Assembly: GCA_036505555.1 (NCBI GenBank)
Contig: DASXTH010000322.1
Location: 1-38,992, forward strand
Origin: Candidatus Limnocylindrales bacterium
GTDB lineage: Bacteria; Chloroflexota; Limnocylindria; Limnocylindrales; CSP1-4
Direction of reading: 5' to 3'
DNA length: 38,992 bases
Below the pieces are notes generated by a model, which saw only the letters and a program-made list of their open reading frames with translations, did no database searches and had not been told where the DNA came from. How positions within the stretch are numbered: position 1 is the stretch's first letter; every line of letters begins with the position of its first letter. Positions 8,991-17,763 of this stretch are shown here, piece by piece. The position numbers and the translations under genes were made by a program.

Positions 8991-9010
8991 GCGCGCGGAC
9001 GCCCGCGCGC
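8991..9010. terminator. GC-rich hairpin between convergent genes (candidate glnN / AKR terminator)
   Basis: GCGCGCGG-acgc-CCGCGCGC: 8-bp perfect stem with a 4-nt loop, 12 nt beyond the glnN stop. There is no U-tract. Confidence 0.35.
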
Positions 9011-9022
9011 CGCCCGGAACTC

Positions 9023-11167
9023 TCAGTAGGCGAACAACAGTTCGCGGTACTTCGGCAGCGGCCAGTACTCGTCCGATACGACGGCTTCCAGCTCGTCCGC
9101 GACCTCACGCAGTGCCTGCTGCGCCGGAATCACCCGGTCCGCGAACTTCCGTGCCTCTTCGTGCACGGACCCCGCTTCGTGGGCGTCATGCTGGGCGTGC
9201 TCGAGCCGGTCCGTCGCTTCGACGAGCCGATCCGTCAGCCCGGTCACGCGTTCGCACACGGTCAGCACGCCCTTCGACGATCCGGCCGCCGCCAGCTCGC
9301 CCAGGTAGCGAACCGCCGCGGGCAGGATCATCGTCCGGGCCATGTCGATGGCGCAGCTCGCCTCGATGTTCTGGACCTTGACGTAGCGCTCCCAGTTGAT
9401 GTCGACACGAGACGCAAGCTCCCGCTCGGACAGGACCCCGAAGGACGAGAACAGCCGCTTCGCCTCGTCCGTCGTGAGGGCCGGCAGTGCATCGACGGTG
9501 CTCTTGTTGTTCGGCAGGCCGCGCGCCGCGGCCTCGGCGTGCCACTCCTCGGAATAGTTGTTGCCCTCGAACAGGACCTGCTTGTTGTCGCGAACCGTCT
9601 CGGACAGGATCTTCGTCAGGCCGTCGAAGTCGCCCGGCTCGAGGCTGTCGAGGGCGTCGGCGAGCTCCTTGAGGGCGTCGGCCACGGCGACGTTGAGGAC
9701 CGTCTGGGGCCAGTAGATCGGCGCCGACGAGCCCACCGCCCGGAATTCGAACTTGTTGCCGGTGAACGCGAACGGCGAGGTCCGGTTGCGGTCCGTTGCG
9801 TCCTTCGACAGCGCGGGCAGCGACGTGACGCCGAGCTCGAGGGACCCGCTCTTCTTCGAGGCCGACGCCCCGCCCTTCGCAAGCTGCTCGATCACATCCT
9901 CGAGCTGGGACCCGAGGAAGATCGAGACGATCGCCGGTGGCGCTTCGTTCGCGCCGAGGCGATGGTCGTTGCCGGCGTCGGCGATGCTCGCCCGCAGCAA
10001 GTCGGCGTGAGCATTGACCCCGCGGATGACCGAGACGAGGAAGGCCAGGAACTGGGCGTTCTCGTGCGGGTCGTTACCCGGGTCGAGCAGGTTCTCGCCG
10101 TCATCGGTGCCCATCGACCAGTTGTTGTGCTTGCCCGAGCCGTTGATCCCGGCAAAGGGCTTCTCGTGGATCAGAAACGTCAGGCCGTGCTGCGGCGCGA
10201 GCCGCCGCATCGTGGCCATGACGATCATGTTGTGATCCGACCCGACCGACGTCGGCTCGTACACCGGTGCCATCTCGAACTGGCCGGGAGCCACCTCGTT
10301 GTGGCGCGTGCGGGCCGGGATCCCGAGCCGCCAGAGCTCGCGGTCGAGATCCATCATGAACGCGAGGATCCGCGGCCGGATCGAGCCGAAGTACTGGTCT
10401 TCGAGCTCCTGGCCCTTCGGCGACGGGGCACCGAACAGGGTCCGGCCGGTCAGGACGAGGTCGGGCCGCTGCTCGGCGAGGCGGCGGTCGACGAGGAAGT
10501 ACTCCTGCTCGGGGCCGATGTTCGTGAAGACGCGGCTGGATGTGGTGTTGCCGAACCAGCGCAGCACGCGGAGGGCCTCGGCACCAACGGCCTCCTGCGA
10601 TCGGAGGAGCGGGATCTTGTGGTCCAGCGCCTCGCCAGTGAACGAGACGAACGCCGTTGGGATCGTCATTGTGACGCCGTTCGGCTCGACCTGGAGGAAG
10701 ATCGGGCTGGTGACGTCCCACGCCGTGTAGCCGCGCGCCTCGAAGGTCGCCCGGATGCCGCCCGACGGGAACGAGCTTGCGTCGGGTTCGCCCTGGAGGA
10801 GGTTTCGGCCCGAGAACTCGGCGATCGTCGTGCCGTCGCCGGTCGGCGTCAGGAACGAGTCGTGCTTCTCGGCGGTGGAGCCCGTCATGGGCACGAACCA
10901 ATGGGTGAAGTGGGTCGCACCGTGGGCCAGCGCCCACTCCTTCACCCCGTGGGCCACCGCGTCGGCGATGATCGGATCGAACGGCTCGAGGCCGGCGATC
11001 GTTCGCTGCAGGCGACGGAAGATCGGCTTCGCGAGGTACTGCCGCTGGGCGACCTCATGGAAGACGTACTCGCCGTAGATCTCCTCGCCGGCGTGCTCGG
11101 TGTAGTCCTGGGTCGAAGCGACCCGATGATCGGCAATCTCGGCAAGCGCCGTGGTACGAGCGGTCAT
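9023..11167 (-). CDS. glnN: type III glutamine synthetase
   Basis: 714 aa, the characteristic GSIII length. The N-terminus (...FHEVAQRQYLAKPIFRRLQRTI...GVKEWALAHGATHFTHWFVPMTGSTAEKHDSF) and later blocks (NGSGKHNNWS, SPFAFTGNKFEFRAVGSS) match GlnN. AGGAGA lies 3 nt upstream of the ATG. Confidence 0.92.
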   Translation of the reverse strand: MTARTTALAEIADHRVASTQDYTEHAGEEIYGEYVFHEVAQRQYLAKPIFRRLQRTIAGLEPFDPIIADAVAHGVKEWALAHGATHFTHWFVPMTGSTAEKHDSFLTPTGDGTTIAEFSGRNLLQGEPDASSFPSGGIRATFEARGYTAWDVTSPIFLQVEPNGVTMTIPTAFVSFTGEALDHKIPLLRSQEAVGAEALRVLRWFGNTTSSRVFTNIGPEQEYFLVDRRLAEQRPDLVLTGRTLFGAPSPKGQELEDQYFGSIRPRILAFMMDLDRELWRLGIPARTRHNEVAPGQFEMAPVYEPTSVGSDHNMIVMATMRRLAPQHGLTFLIHEKPFAGINGSGKHNNWSMGTDDGENLLDPGNDPHENAQFLAFLVSVIRGVNAHADLLRASIADAGNDHRLGANEAPPAIVSIFLGSQLEDVIEQLAKGGASASKKSGSLELGVTSLPALSKDATDRNRTSPFAFTGNKFEFRAVGSSAPIYWPQTVLNVAVADALKELADALDSLEPGDFDGLTKILSETVRDNKQVLFEGNNYSEEWHAEAAARGLPNNKSTVDALPALTTDEAKRLFSSFGVLSERELASRVDINWERYVKVQNIEASCAIDMARTMILPAAVRYLGELAAAGSSKGVLTVCERVTGLTDRLVEATDRLEHAQHDAHEAGSVHEEARKFADRVIPAQQALREVADELEAVVSDEYWPLPKYRELLFAY

Positions 11168-11283
11168 GGTTCTCCTGAGGGCTGATCTTGTGCTGGACGC
11201 ACGAATCGAAGGGTCCGTGGCCCGTGTGTGCTCAGGATACGGTCCGCGGGCCCGATGGAGAAGGTTGCGGCGCGCTCACAGTG

Positions 11284-12828
11284 TTAGTCATCTTGCACAA
11301 GTCTGATGGCTAGCGCGAGCGGGAGGCGCAACTCGGGATCGGCGAGCCGCCACCCCGTCGCGGCCTCGATCCGGCGCACCCGGTACGCAACCGTGTTCCG
11401 ATGGACCCCGAGCACGGTCGCCGCCTCGGCCAGGCCCGGCTGGTCGAGTACGGCGCGGAGCGTGGCCAGACGCTCGCGGCGGATGTCGGGCCGGCCGCGG
11501 AGGAGCGGCGCCAACAGCGCCCGGGCCTGCCGGCGGCCGTCGGGCAGGTTGTGCAGGTTGCCAAGGAGCCGGTACGCCGGGAGGCGGTCCGCCCGAGCGA
11601 CGGCCGGCGGATCGGCGAGCGCCTCGACGGCCTCGAGGGTCGCTCTCGCGTCCGCCTCCGCCGCCGATCGGTCCGCGTTTGCCTGGATCGGCCGCGAGAC
11701 CGCGACGATCCGACCGAGCAGCTGGCCGATCCGGTTGCCGATGCCCGATCCGTCGGGGTCGGCGTCGTCGATCGCGGCCACGATCCGGAGCTCGACGCTC
11801 TGGACGTCGCCGCGCAGCGACAGCCGGCGAGCGGGGGCGAGGGAGCGGATCTCGCGCCGAACGGCCTCGCGGCGGAGCGTCTCGCGCCGAACAGCCTCGC
11901 GGCGATCGGCATCGGACCCGAGGAACGAGGCATCGTCGTGGTCGGCTCCGTCCGGTCCGCCCGGCGCCTGACGGGCCACGATCACGACCCATGGCGGCCC
12001 ATCTGCCGGCAGCGGCTCGTGCCGCGCGATCTCGACGGCACGGCCGAGCGCCTCGTCGCGCGCCAGCTCGAGCGCGACGAGGCCGGCAATCCGGGCTGTC
12101 GCGACCCGCTCGAGCTCGCTCGGAGCGCGATCGCCGAGCAGCACGAGCGCCCCGCTGCTTGCGCCGGGATCGCCGGGGATCGGGAGTTGGATCCGGGTCG
12201 CCGCGGCTCGCCGGCGGTCGTGATAGGCCGCGACCGCGGCGGCCGATGACGGGACGTCGGGCGGTACGTGGACGGCGAGCGTCACCCCGCCGCGGCCCTC
12301 GATCGCGACCGCCCGCCCGAGGAAGCCGGCAATCGCCGCGGCGAGACCGTCAGGTCCGCTGCCGCCGAGGGCGACCTGCTCCAGCCGAGTCTCGAGAAGC
12401 GTGGCCTGGCGCTCCAGCTCGGCGCGGTGATTGACGAGGAACCCGATGGCGCTTCGCTCGAGTGCGGCCGGGTCCCCCGGGCCGGCGTCGAGCACGGGCA
12501 GGCCGGCCGGCGCCGCGGCCGCCACGATTGCCGGGTCGTCCGTCGAGCCCTCGCCGACCAGGACGATCCCGCCGACTCCGGACTCGGCGCAGCCACGGAC
12601 AAGCCCTGCAACCTGCTCGGGATCCGGAGCGATGACGCGCAAGACCGCTCGCGGCACGAGCGCGACATCGCCTCGCTCCAGCGCGTCGAACGCGGGCTCT
12701 CGGGGGCGCAGGAGCCGCACCCATGCCAGGTCCAGGCTCGTCGCCGTCGATGGCGCGACATCCGGACCGGCGGCCACCCAGCGCGCCCCAGGGAGGACGG
12801 CCGCGCGGAGATCCTCGAGGGTGGCCAT
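11284..12828 (-). CDS. PucR family transcriptional regulator
   Basis: C-terminal PucR-type HTH: LATLRAVLDQPGLAEAATVLGVHRNTVAYRVRRIEAATGWRLADPELRLPLALAI. The long N-terminal sensor region is typical of the family. Confidence 0.85.
   Translation of the reverse strand: MATLEDLRAAVLPGARWVAAGPDVAPSTATSLDLAWVRLLRPREPAFDALERGDVALVPRAVLRVIAPDPEQVAGLVRGCAESGVGGIVLVGEGSTDDPAIVAAAAPAGLPVLDAGPGDPAALERSAIGFLVNHRAELERQATLLETRLEQVALGGSGPDGLAAAIAGFLGRAVAIEGRGGVTLAVHVPPDVPSSAAAVAAYHDRRRAAATRIQLPIPGDPGASSGALVLLGDRAPSELERVATARIAGLVALELARDEALGRAVEIARHEPLPADGPPWVVIVARQAPGGPDGADHDDASFLGSDADRREAVRRETLRREAVRREIRSLAPARRLSLRGDVQSVELRIVAAIDDADPDGSGIGNRIGQLLGRIVAVSRPIQANADRSAAEADARATLEAVEALADPPAVARADRLPAYRLLGNLHNLPDGRRQARALLAPLLRGRPDIRRERLATLRAVLDQPGLAEAATVLGVHRNTVAYRVRRIEAATGWRLADPELRLPLALAIRLVQDD
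11851..11910. repeat. imperfect 30-bp in-frame tandem duplication inside the PucR gene
   Basis: ctcgcgccgaacGgcctcgcggcg... is followed directly by ctcgcgccgaacAgcctcgcggcg..., with 23 of the first 24 nt identical. It encodes the duplicated peptide RREAVRRE in an inter-domain linker. Confidence 0.7.
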
Positions 12829-12851
12829 CGGGAGGCTCGAACCCCCGGAGG

Positions 12852-14297
12852 TCAGGCCAGGCCGGCCGGCGATCGCCGCCGGACGAGGTCGTCGAGCAGG
12901 CCGCCGAGCTCCCGCTCGAGATCGACGTAGCGATCGAACCGGGCGGCCAGCCGGAGCTCACCAGTGCGCGAGAGTCGCGCCCAAACCCGGCGGCGCGGCA
13001 AGTAGAACGTGATCGCGAGGCCGATGATGAGGAAGACGAACGCGCTCCAGACGATCCCCTGCCCCGGGTCGTTCTTGGCGATCAAGAGCGTGTACTCCGA
13101 GAAGCGCCGGACGCCGATCGAGAAGTCGAGCCCCAGCGGGACCGCGGCCTCGCCGGCGCCGACCGCGATCGCGGCGTTGTCGAGGTACTCGATCTTCGGC
13201 GAGCCGTCGCTCTCCCGACCCACGACACGGTACGGAACGGCGAGGACGACGCCCGTGCCGTCCGCGGACCGACGAAGGAGCAGGCTCAGCCCGATGTCCC
13301 GCCCCGGAACCGACAGCGTCCCGTACGGAAACCCGTCGACCGAGTCGGTGAGCGGCACAGGCCCATCCCAGAGCGGCTTGCCGGCCGCGTCGCTGACGAG
13401 GAGGACCGGCGCCGGGCCAAACCCATTCTGGTGGAACGTGTAGCCGCCGACCGCCAGGGGATCGTTGACCCGGATTGTCTTGCGGGCGATCTCCTGGCCG
13501 TTCTGGAAGACGCCGAGATCGGTCGTGAAGTCCGATGCCTGGCCGGTCTCGAGGAAGCCCGGCGCCTCGAAATCGTAGTTCTTGACGAGCAGCAGATCGG
13601 GCGTCCCGATCGGCTGGACCGTGAGCGAGTCCCCTTCGGCGACGACGAGGCCCTCCTCGTGCCCGAACATCCAGGTCACCAGCCCGGCGACGAGGAACAG
13701 GATCAGGCCGGAGTGGCTGATCAGGGTCGCGAGCTTCGTCCAGCGGTTGCGCACGCCATAGACGTAGTGCACGCCGTCGATCTCCGCCTCGCGGACGACG
13801 AAGCGCCGGCTGCGCAGCGCGGCCCGGACCGCCCCCGCATCGACACCGGTCATCGCCGCGCGATCGGGCAGCGCCGGGTCGTAGAACGCCTCGGGCTGGG
13901 CGATCCGGACCACCTTGGACTGCCGCCACAAGCGCGGTGTCCGATCGAGCGTGCAGATCACGATCGAGATGACGAGGACGATCAGCCCCAGCGTGAACCA
14001 CGTCGAGGTGAAGACGTGGAACAGCTCGAGCCGCTCGAGGGCGTCGACGATGCCGCGGCCGAGGGTCGGGTCGTAGCGGGCGTGGATGTCGGACATCGCG
14101 TTCTCGTAATCCGCCACCGAGCGGAACGCGAACGACGGCAGCTGCCGCAGCGTCATGCCGACGAGGGCCAGGATCGACAGCGCGATGATCTGGATCACCG
14201 CGAAGTCGACCGACGTGAACAGGCGGAGGACGAGCCGACCGAGGCGCTCGAACACGTCGGGCGTCGGCGGCCGGGCCGTCTCGGCCCACGTCCTCAC
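12852..14297 (-). CDS. resB: cytochrome c biogenesis protein ResB/Ccs1 (System II)
   Basis: N-terminal TM helix (FAVIQIIALSILALVGMTLRQLP), the LELFHVFTSTWFTLGLIVLVISIVICTLDRTPRLW block, a large extracytoplasmic domain, and a C-terminal TM helix plus FYLPRRRVWARL. Start placed at GTG 14297, just after the upstream gene's stop; the ORF is open to 14417. Confidence 0.85.
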   Translation of the reverse strand: MRTWAETARPPTPDVFERLGRLVLRLFTSVDFAVIQIIALSILALVGMTLRQLPSFAFRSVADYENAMSDIHARYDPTLGRGIVDALERLELFHVFTSTWFTLGLIVLVISIVICTLDRTPRLWRQSKVVRIAQPEAFYDPALPDRAAMTGVDAGAVRAALRSRRFVVREAEIDGVHYVYGVRNRWTKLATLISHSGLILFLVAGLVTWMFGHEEGLVVAEGDSLTVQPIGTPDLLLVKNYDFEAPGFLETGQASDFTTDLGVFQNGQEIARKTIRVNDPLAVGGYTFHQNGFGPAPVLLVSDAAGKPLWDGPVPLTDSVDGFPYGTLSVPGRDIGLSLLLRRSADGTGVVLAVPYRVVGRESDGSPKIEYLDNAAIAVGAGEAAVPLGLDFSIGVRRFSEYTLLIAKNDPGQGIVWSAFVFLIIGLAITFYLPRRRVWARLSRTGELRLAARFDRYVDLERELGGLLDDLVRRRSPAGLA

Positions 14298-14331
14298 GGG
14301 ACTGGCGATCGCGGGATCCTCCGGAACGAGA

Positions 14332-15681
14332 TCAGACGGGAGTGGGTTCGGCGGGCCGCGGGTCGGCGACGTCCGCGCCCCCGCCCAGCGACGCGCCGCC
14401 GCCGTCCGCGGTTGCACGCGCGCCGGCGACGGGCGCCGGTCCGGCTGCCCGGGCGGCCTCGAGCGCCCGCGCGAAGTCGGCGATCAGGTCGTCGAGATCC
14501 TCGAGCCCGGTCGAGCAGCGCAGGAGCCCGGCCGTGATCCCGCCGGCCTCGAGCGCCGCGTCGTCGAGCTGGCGGTGGGTCGTCGACGGCGGATGGCTGA
14601 CGATCGTGAAGACGCTGCCGAGCGATGCCGTCCGCTCAGTCAGGGTCAGGCGGTCGATGAACGCCCGGCCGGCCGCGCGTCCGCCATCCAACTCGAAGGC
14701 GAGCATCCCGCCGCCGCGCGCCAGCTGCCGCTCGGCCACCGCGTGCTGGGGATGCGTCGGCAGCGCCGGGTGCCATACCCGGCGGATCCCGGGCTGCGCC
14801 TGGAGCCAGGCCGCGAGCGCCGTGGCCGTCGCCGAATGGCGCTCCATCCGGAGCGCGAGCGTCGACAGCCCGCGCATCGCGAGGAACGCGGCGTGGGGAT
14901 CGAGCGCCGCGCCGGTGTCCACCTCGAAATCGCGGACCCGGTGGACGAGCGCGGTCGAGCCGCTGACGACCCCGGCCATCACGTCGCTGTGGCCGCCGAT
15001 GTACTTCGTCGCCGACTCCATCACGAGGTCGGCACCAAGCTCGAAGGGGCGGCACAGGTACGGCGACGCGAAGGTGTTGTCGACGAGGTAGAGCGCGCCG
15101 TAGCGGTGGGCGAGCTCACTGAGCGCGGCGTGATCGGCGACGACGATCGTCGGGTTGGCGATCGTCTCCGCGTAGAGGACACGGGTCGGGGCGGTGGCGA
15201 GGGCCCGCTCGACCGCAGCGAGGTCGGTGACGTCGACGAACTCGGTCGTGACGCCGAGCCGGCCGAAGACGTTGACGAGCTGAGCGCGGGTCGTGCCGTA
15301 GGAGGCGCGGGTGGCGACGACCCGGTCCCCGGCCGAGAGAACGGTCCCGAGGGCCGCGTGGATCGCGGCCATGCCGGTCGCGAACGCGAACCCGGCCTCG
15401 GCGCCCTCGAGCTCGGCGACCGCGGACGCGAAGGCGACGACCGTCGGGTTGTCGAGGCGGCCGTAGGCGTAGCCCGGGATGTCGCGATTCGCGACCGCCC
15501 CGAGCTCCTCGGCGTCGTCCGCGGAGAACGTGACCGTTTGGTAGATCGGGACCGAGGTGGGCTTCTGGTCGACGACCGGGAGGCGATGCGCCGCCCGGAT
15601 GGCGCGGGTTGCGAAGCCAGTCGGCTCCGGGTCGCTCGGCTGGACGCGCGGATCGGCGCGCGGATCGGCGGGGTCGGCCAT
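14332..15681 (-). CDS. Cys/Met-metabolism PLP-dependent enzyme (cystathionine gamma-synthase / O-acylhomoserine sulfhydrylase family)
   Basis: VPIYQTVTFS, YGRLDNPTV, VDNTFASPYLCRPFELGADLVMESATKYIGGHSD (PLP-lysine context) and ERTASLGSV. Carries an Ala/Gly/Pro-rich C-terminal tail of roughly 45 aa. Confidence 0.88.
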   Translation of the reverse strand: MADPADPRADPRVQPSDPEPTGFATRAIRAAHRLPVVDQKPTSVPIYQTVTFSADDAEELGAVANRDIPGYAYGRLDNPTVVAFASAVAELEGAEAGFAFATGMAAIHAALGTVLSAGDRVVATRASYGTTRAQLVNVFGRLGVTTEFVDVTDLAAVERALATAPTRVLYAETIANPTIVVADHAALSELAHRYGALYLVDNTFASPYLCRPFELGADLVMESATKYIGGHSDVMAGVVSGSTALVHRVRDFEVDTGAALDPHAAFLAMRGLSTLALRMERHSATATALAAWLQAQPGIRRVWHPALPTHPQHAVAERQLARGGGMLAFELDGGRAAGRAFIDRLTLTERTASLGSVFTIVSHPPSTTHRQLDDAALEAGGITAGLLRCSTGLEDLDDLIADFARALEAARAAGPAPVAGARATADGGGASLGGGADVADPRPAEPTPV

Positions 15682-15691
15682 GCGGCCGATC

Positions 15692-16999
15692 CTACACCGA
15701 CTCGTCGGCCCTCTCGCGGGCCCCGTCGATCGAGCCGTCGTGATCCGGCCGCCCGACCACCGATTCGTCCATGACCGGCACGCCGGTCACCCGGTTCTTG
15801 CCCGCCCGCTTCGAGCGGTACATCGAGCTGTCGGCGGTGATCATCAGCTCGTCGCTCGTGCGGCCGTCCTCCGGGTAGCTCACGACGCCGATCGAGATCG
15901 ACGGCTGGATCATCGACCCGGCAACGTCGACGCGGAGGTCGGCGACACCCAGACGGATCTTCTCGGCGAGGACGTACGCGCCGGTCGGGTCGGTCTCGGG
16001 CAGGAGGACGACGAACTCGTCGCCGCCGTACCGGGCGGCGGTGTCGATCCGCCGGCCGCCCGAGCGGATCACCTCGCCGACGCCACGCAGGACGCGGTCG
16101 CCGAAGAAATGACCGTGGCGGTCGTTGATCTGCTTGAGCTCGTCGAGATCCATCATCAGGAGACAGAAGCCGCGCCCGGACCGCGCGCTCCGGGCGATCT
16201 CCCGCTCGACGGCAGCGAAGAAGAACATCCGGTTGAAGAGCCCGGTGAGGTTGTCGATTGTGGACAGCCGGATGGCCGCGTCGCGCGCCCGGCGCTGCTC
16301 GCGGGCGATGACCATCGCGACGTAAGCGAGCAGGATCAGCGCCGTGATGTTGATCCCGACGATTGCGACCGTCATCGGCGGCAATCCGCCCGAACCGGGT
16401 GGCGCGATCGCGGCGATGTAGGCGATCGACGCCGCCCCGGCGAGCCCGAACGTCACGCGTGGGCTCACCACCAGCGCCGCGCCGCCGACGATCAGCGGGA
16501 AGGTGAAGAAGAACGGGCTCGCGTCGCGGCCGGTCAGGACCACGAGGAGCGTCGCGAACGTCACCGCGACGCTGCCCTCGAGCACGAACTTCGCCGTACC
16601 GAGCGCGCCGACGGGCAGGAGGTCGTGGACGACGAGGACGAACAGTCCGGCGGCCCCGAGGAGCGTGAAGATCGCCGGCTGGGTGTCGCGCCACAGCCCG
16701 GTCACGGCGATGATCGTCGACGTCGCGAGGATGAACACCCAGGACACCACCCGGACCACCCGGTCGTAGGCGCCGGGCGGGACGTCGCCGGGGTCGGTGA
16801 TGTCGACGTCGTTCCTGTCGCCGAGGATCGCCGCGAAATCGGCCGTCTTCCGATCGCCGGCGTCGGAAGCGACCGAGCTTCCCTGGAGTGGGCCGCGCCG
16901 CCCGAGCAGCGGCGGAATCACGACCGCCGCCATCACCAGCAGGTTGGCAACGACGGCGAGGAGAATCAGCGTCTGCGCCTGGGTCGGGTCGACCGGCAC
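15692..16999 (-). CDS. membrane-bound diguanylate cyclase (GGDEF) with intact I-site
   Basis: An N-terminal half with about 6 hydrophobic helices, then DNLTGLFNR...MDLDELKQINDRHGHFFGD...RRIDTAARYGGDEFVV. The GGDEF motif is present, with RxxD exactly 5 residues upstream. GTG start at 16999 with GAGG 8 nt upstream. Confidence 0.9.
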   Translation of the reverse strand: MPVDPTQAQTLILLAVVANLLVMAAVVIPPLLGRRGPLQGSSVASDAGDRKTADFAAILGDRNDVDITDPGDVPPGAYDRVVRVVSWVFILATSTIIAVTGLWRDTQPAIFTLLGAAGLFVLVVHDLLPVGALGTAKFVLEGSVAVTFATLLVVLTGRDASPFFFTFPLIVGGAALVVSPRVTFGLAGAASIAYIAAIAPPGSGGLPPMTVAIVGINITALILLAYVAMVIAREQRRARDAAIRLSTIDNLTGLFNRMFFFAAVEREIARSARSGRGFCLLMMDLDELKQINDRHGHFFGDRVLRGVGEVIRSGGRRIDTAARYGGDEFVVLLPETDPTGAYVLAEKIRLGVADLRVDVAGSMIQPSISIGVVSYPEDGRTSDELMITADSSMYRSKRAGKNRVTGVPVMDESVVGRPDHDGSIDGARERADESV

Positions 17000-17277
17000 G
17001 CTCGGACCTCGTCAATCGACACGCCAGGGGCTACTGCCCCGGTACGGGCATCGTATCTTGTCGGACGTCGCGCGACTGTCGTTCGCGCCGGAGTGGCTGC
17101 CGGTCAACCCGCGAATTCGGGTGCCCACGGGCAACGCATCGGGGGACGGTTCGACGCACAGACGAAGGCGGTCACCGCGCATCCGTCACGAGTCCGTCGC
17201 TGGACGTCAGTTCCCAGGCACCGGACTCGATATTGTCACGCCACGCCTGCCAAGCAGCTTCGTCAGTCGTGCGGCGC

Positions 17278-17763
17278 CTAGCGCGTTCCCCACTGGTACG
17301 ACTGCTTGACCATCCGCAGATACACGAACGTCTCGGTGTCGCGGACGCCCTCGATCGTGCGCAGCCGCTCGGCGAGGAAGCGGAGGAGGCCCTCGTTGTC
17401 CTCGCAGACCGTCTCGATGAGGATGTCGTAGGTGCCCGCGGTGATGACCACGTAGTCGACCTCGGGCATCTCGGCGCACTTCGCGGCCACGCTCATCAGG
17501 TGATCCGCCTCGCAGCGGATCCCGATCATCGCCATCTGCTGGAAGCCCAGCTTCAGCGGATCGGTCACGCCGACGACCTGGAGGATGCCGCGTTCGACGA
17601 GCCGGTTCGTCCGGGCGCGGACCGCGGCCTCCGAGACGCCGAGGTCCGCCGCGATCTGGGTGAACGGCCGCCGGCCGTCCTGCTGGAGATGCTCGATGAT
17701 CCGCTTGTCGAGCTCCGACACGTCCTCGCCCGGACGGCCTCCGGGCCGACGGGTCGTCGTCAT
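17278..17763 (-). CDS. Lrp/AsnC family transcriptional regulator
   Basis: LDKRIIEHLQQDGRRPFTQIAADLGVSEAAVRARTNRLVERGIL (HTH) followed by an AsnC-type ligand-binding domain. 161 aa. Confidence 0.9.
   Translation of the reverse strand: MTTTRRPGGRPGEDVSELDKRIIEHLQQDGRRPFTQIAADLGVSEAAVRARTNRLVERGILQVVGVTDPLKLGFQQMAMIGIRCEADHLMSVAAKCAEMPEVDYVVITAGTYDILIETVCEDNEGLLRFLAERLRTIEGVRDTETFVYLRMVKQSYQWGTR

Noticed and set aside
8627-11185. 852-aa ORF antisense to glnN
   Set aside because: It lies opposite an unmistakable GSIII gene, and its translation is Arg/Gly/Pro-rich with no motifs.
11168-11283. GlnR/TnrA-type nitrogen box or glutamine riboswitch upstream of glnN
   Set aside because: TGTGAGCGCGCCGCAAC superficially resembles TGTNA-n7-TNACA, but the second half-site does not match. 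There is no GTnAC-n6-GTnAC actinobacterial GlnR spacing and no glnA-RNA consensus.
15021-17015. 664-aa minus-strand ORF overlapping the GGDEF and PLP-enzyme genes
   Set aside because: It is an out-of-frame shadow with an extreme Arg/Pro/Ser composition. The other frames carry the GGDEF and PLP signatures.
17000-17277. c-di-GMP or other known riboswitch in the leader of the diguanylate cyclase gene
   Set aside because: I could not recognise GEMM-type or other riboswitch consensus elements by eye. It is kept only as an unexplained long leader.
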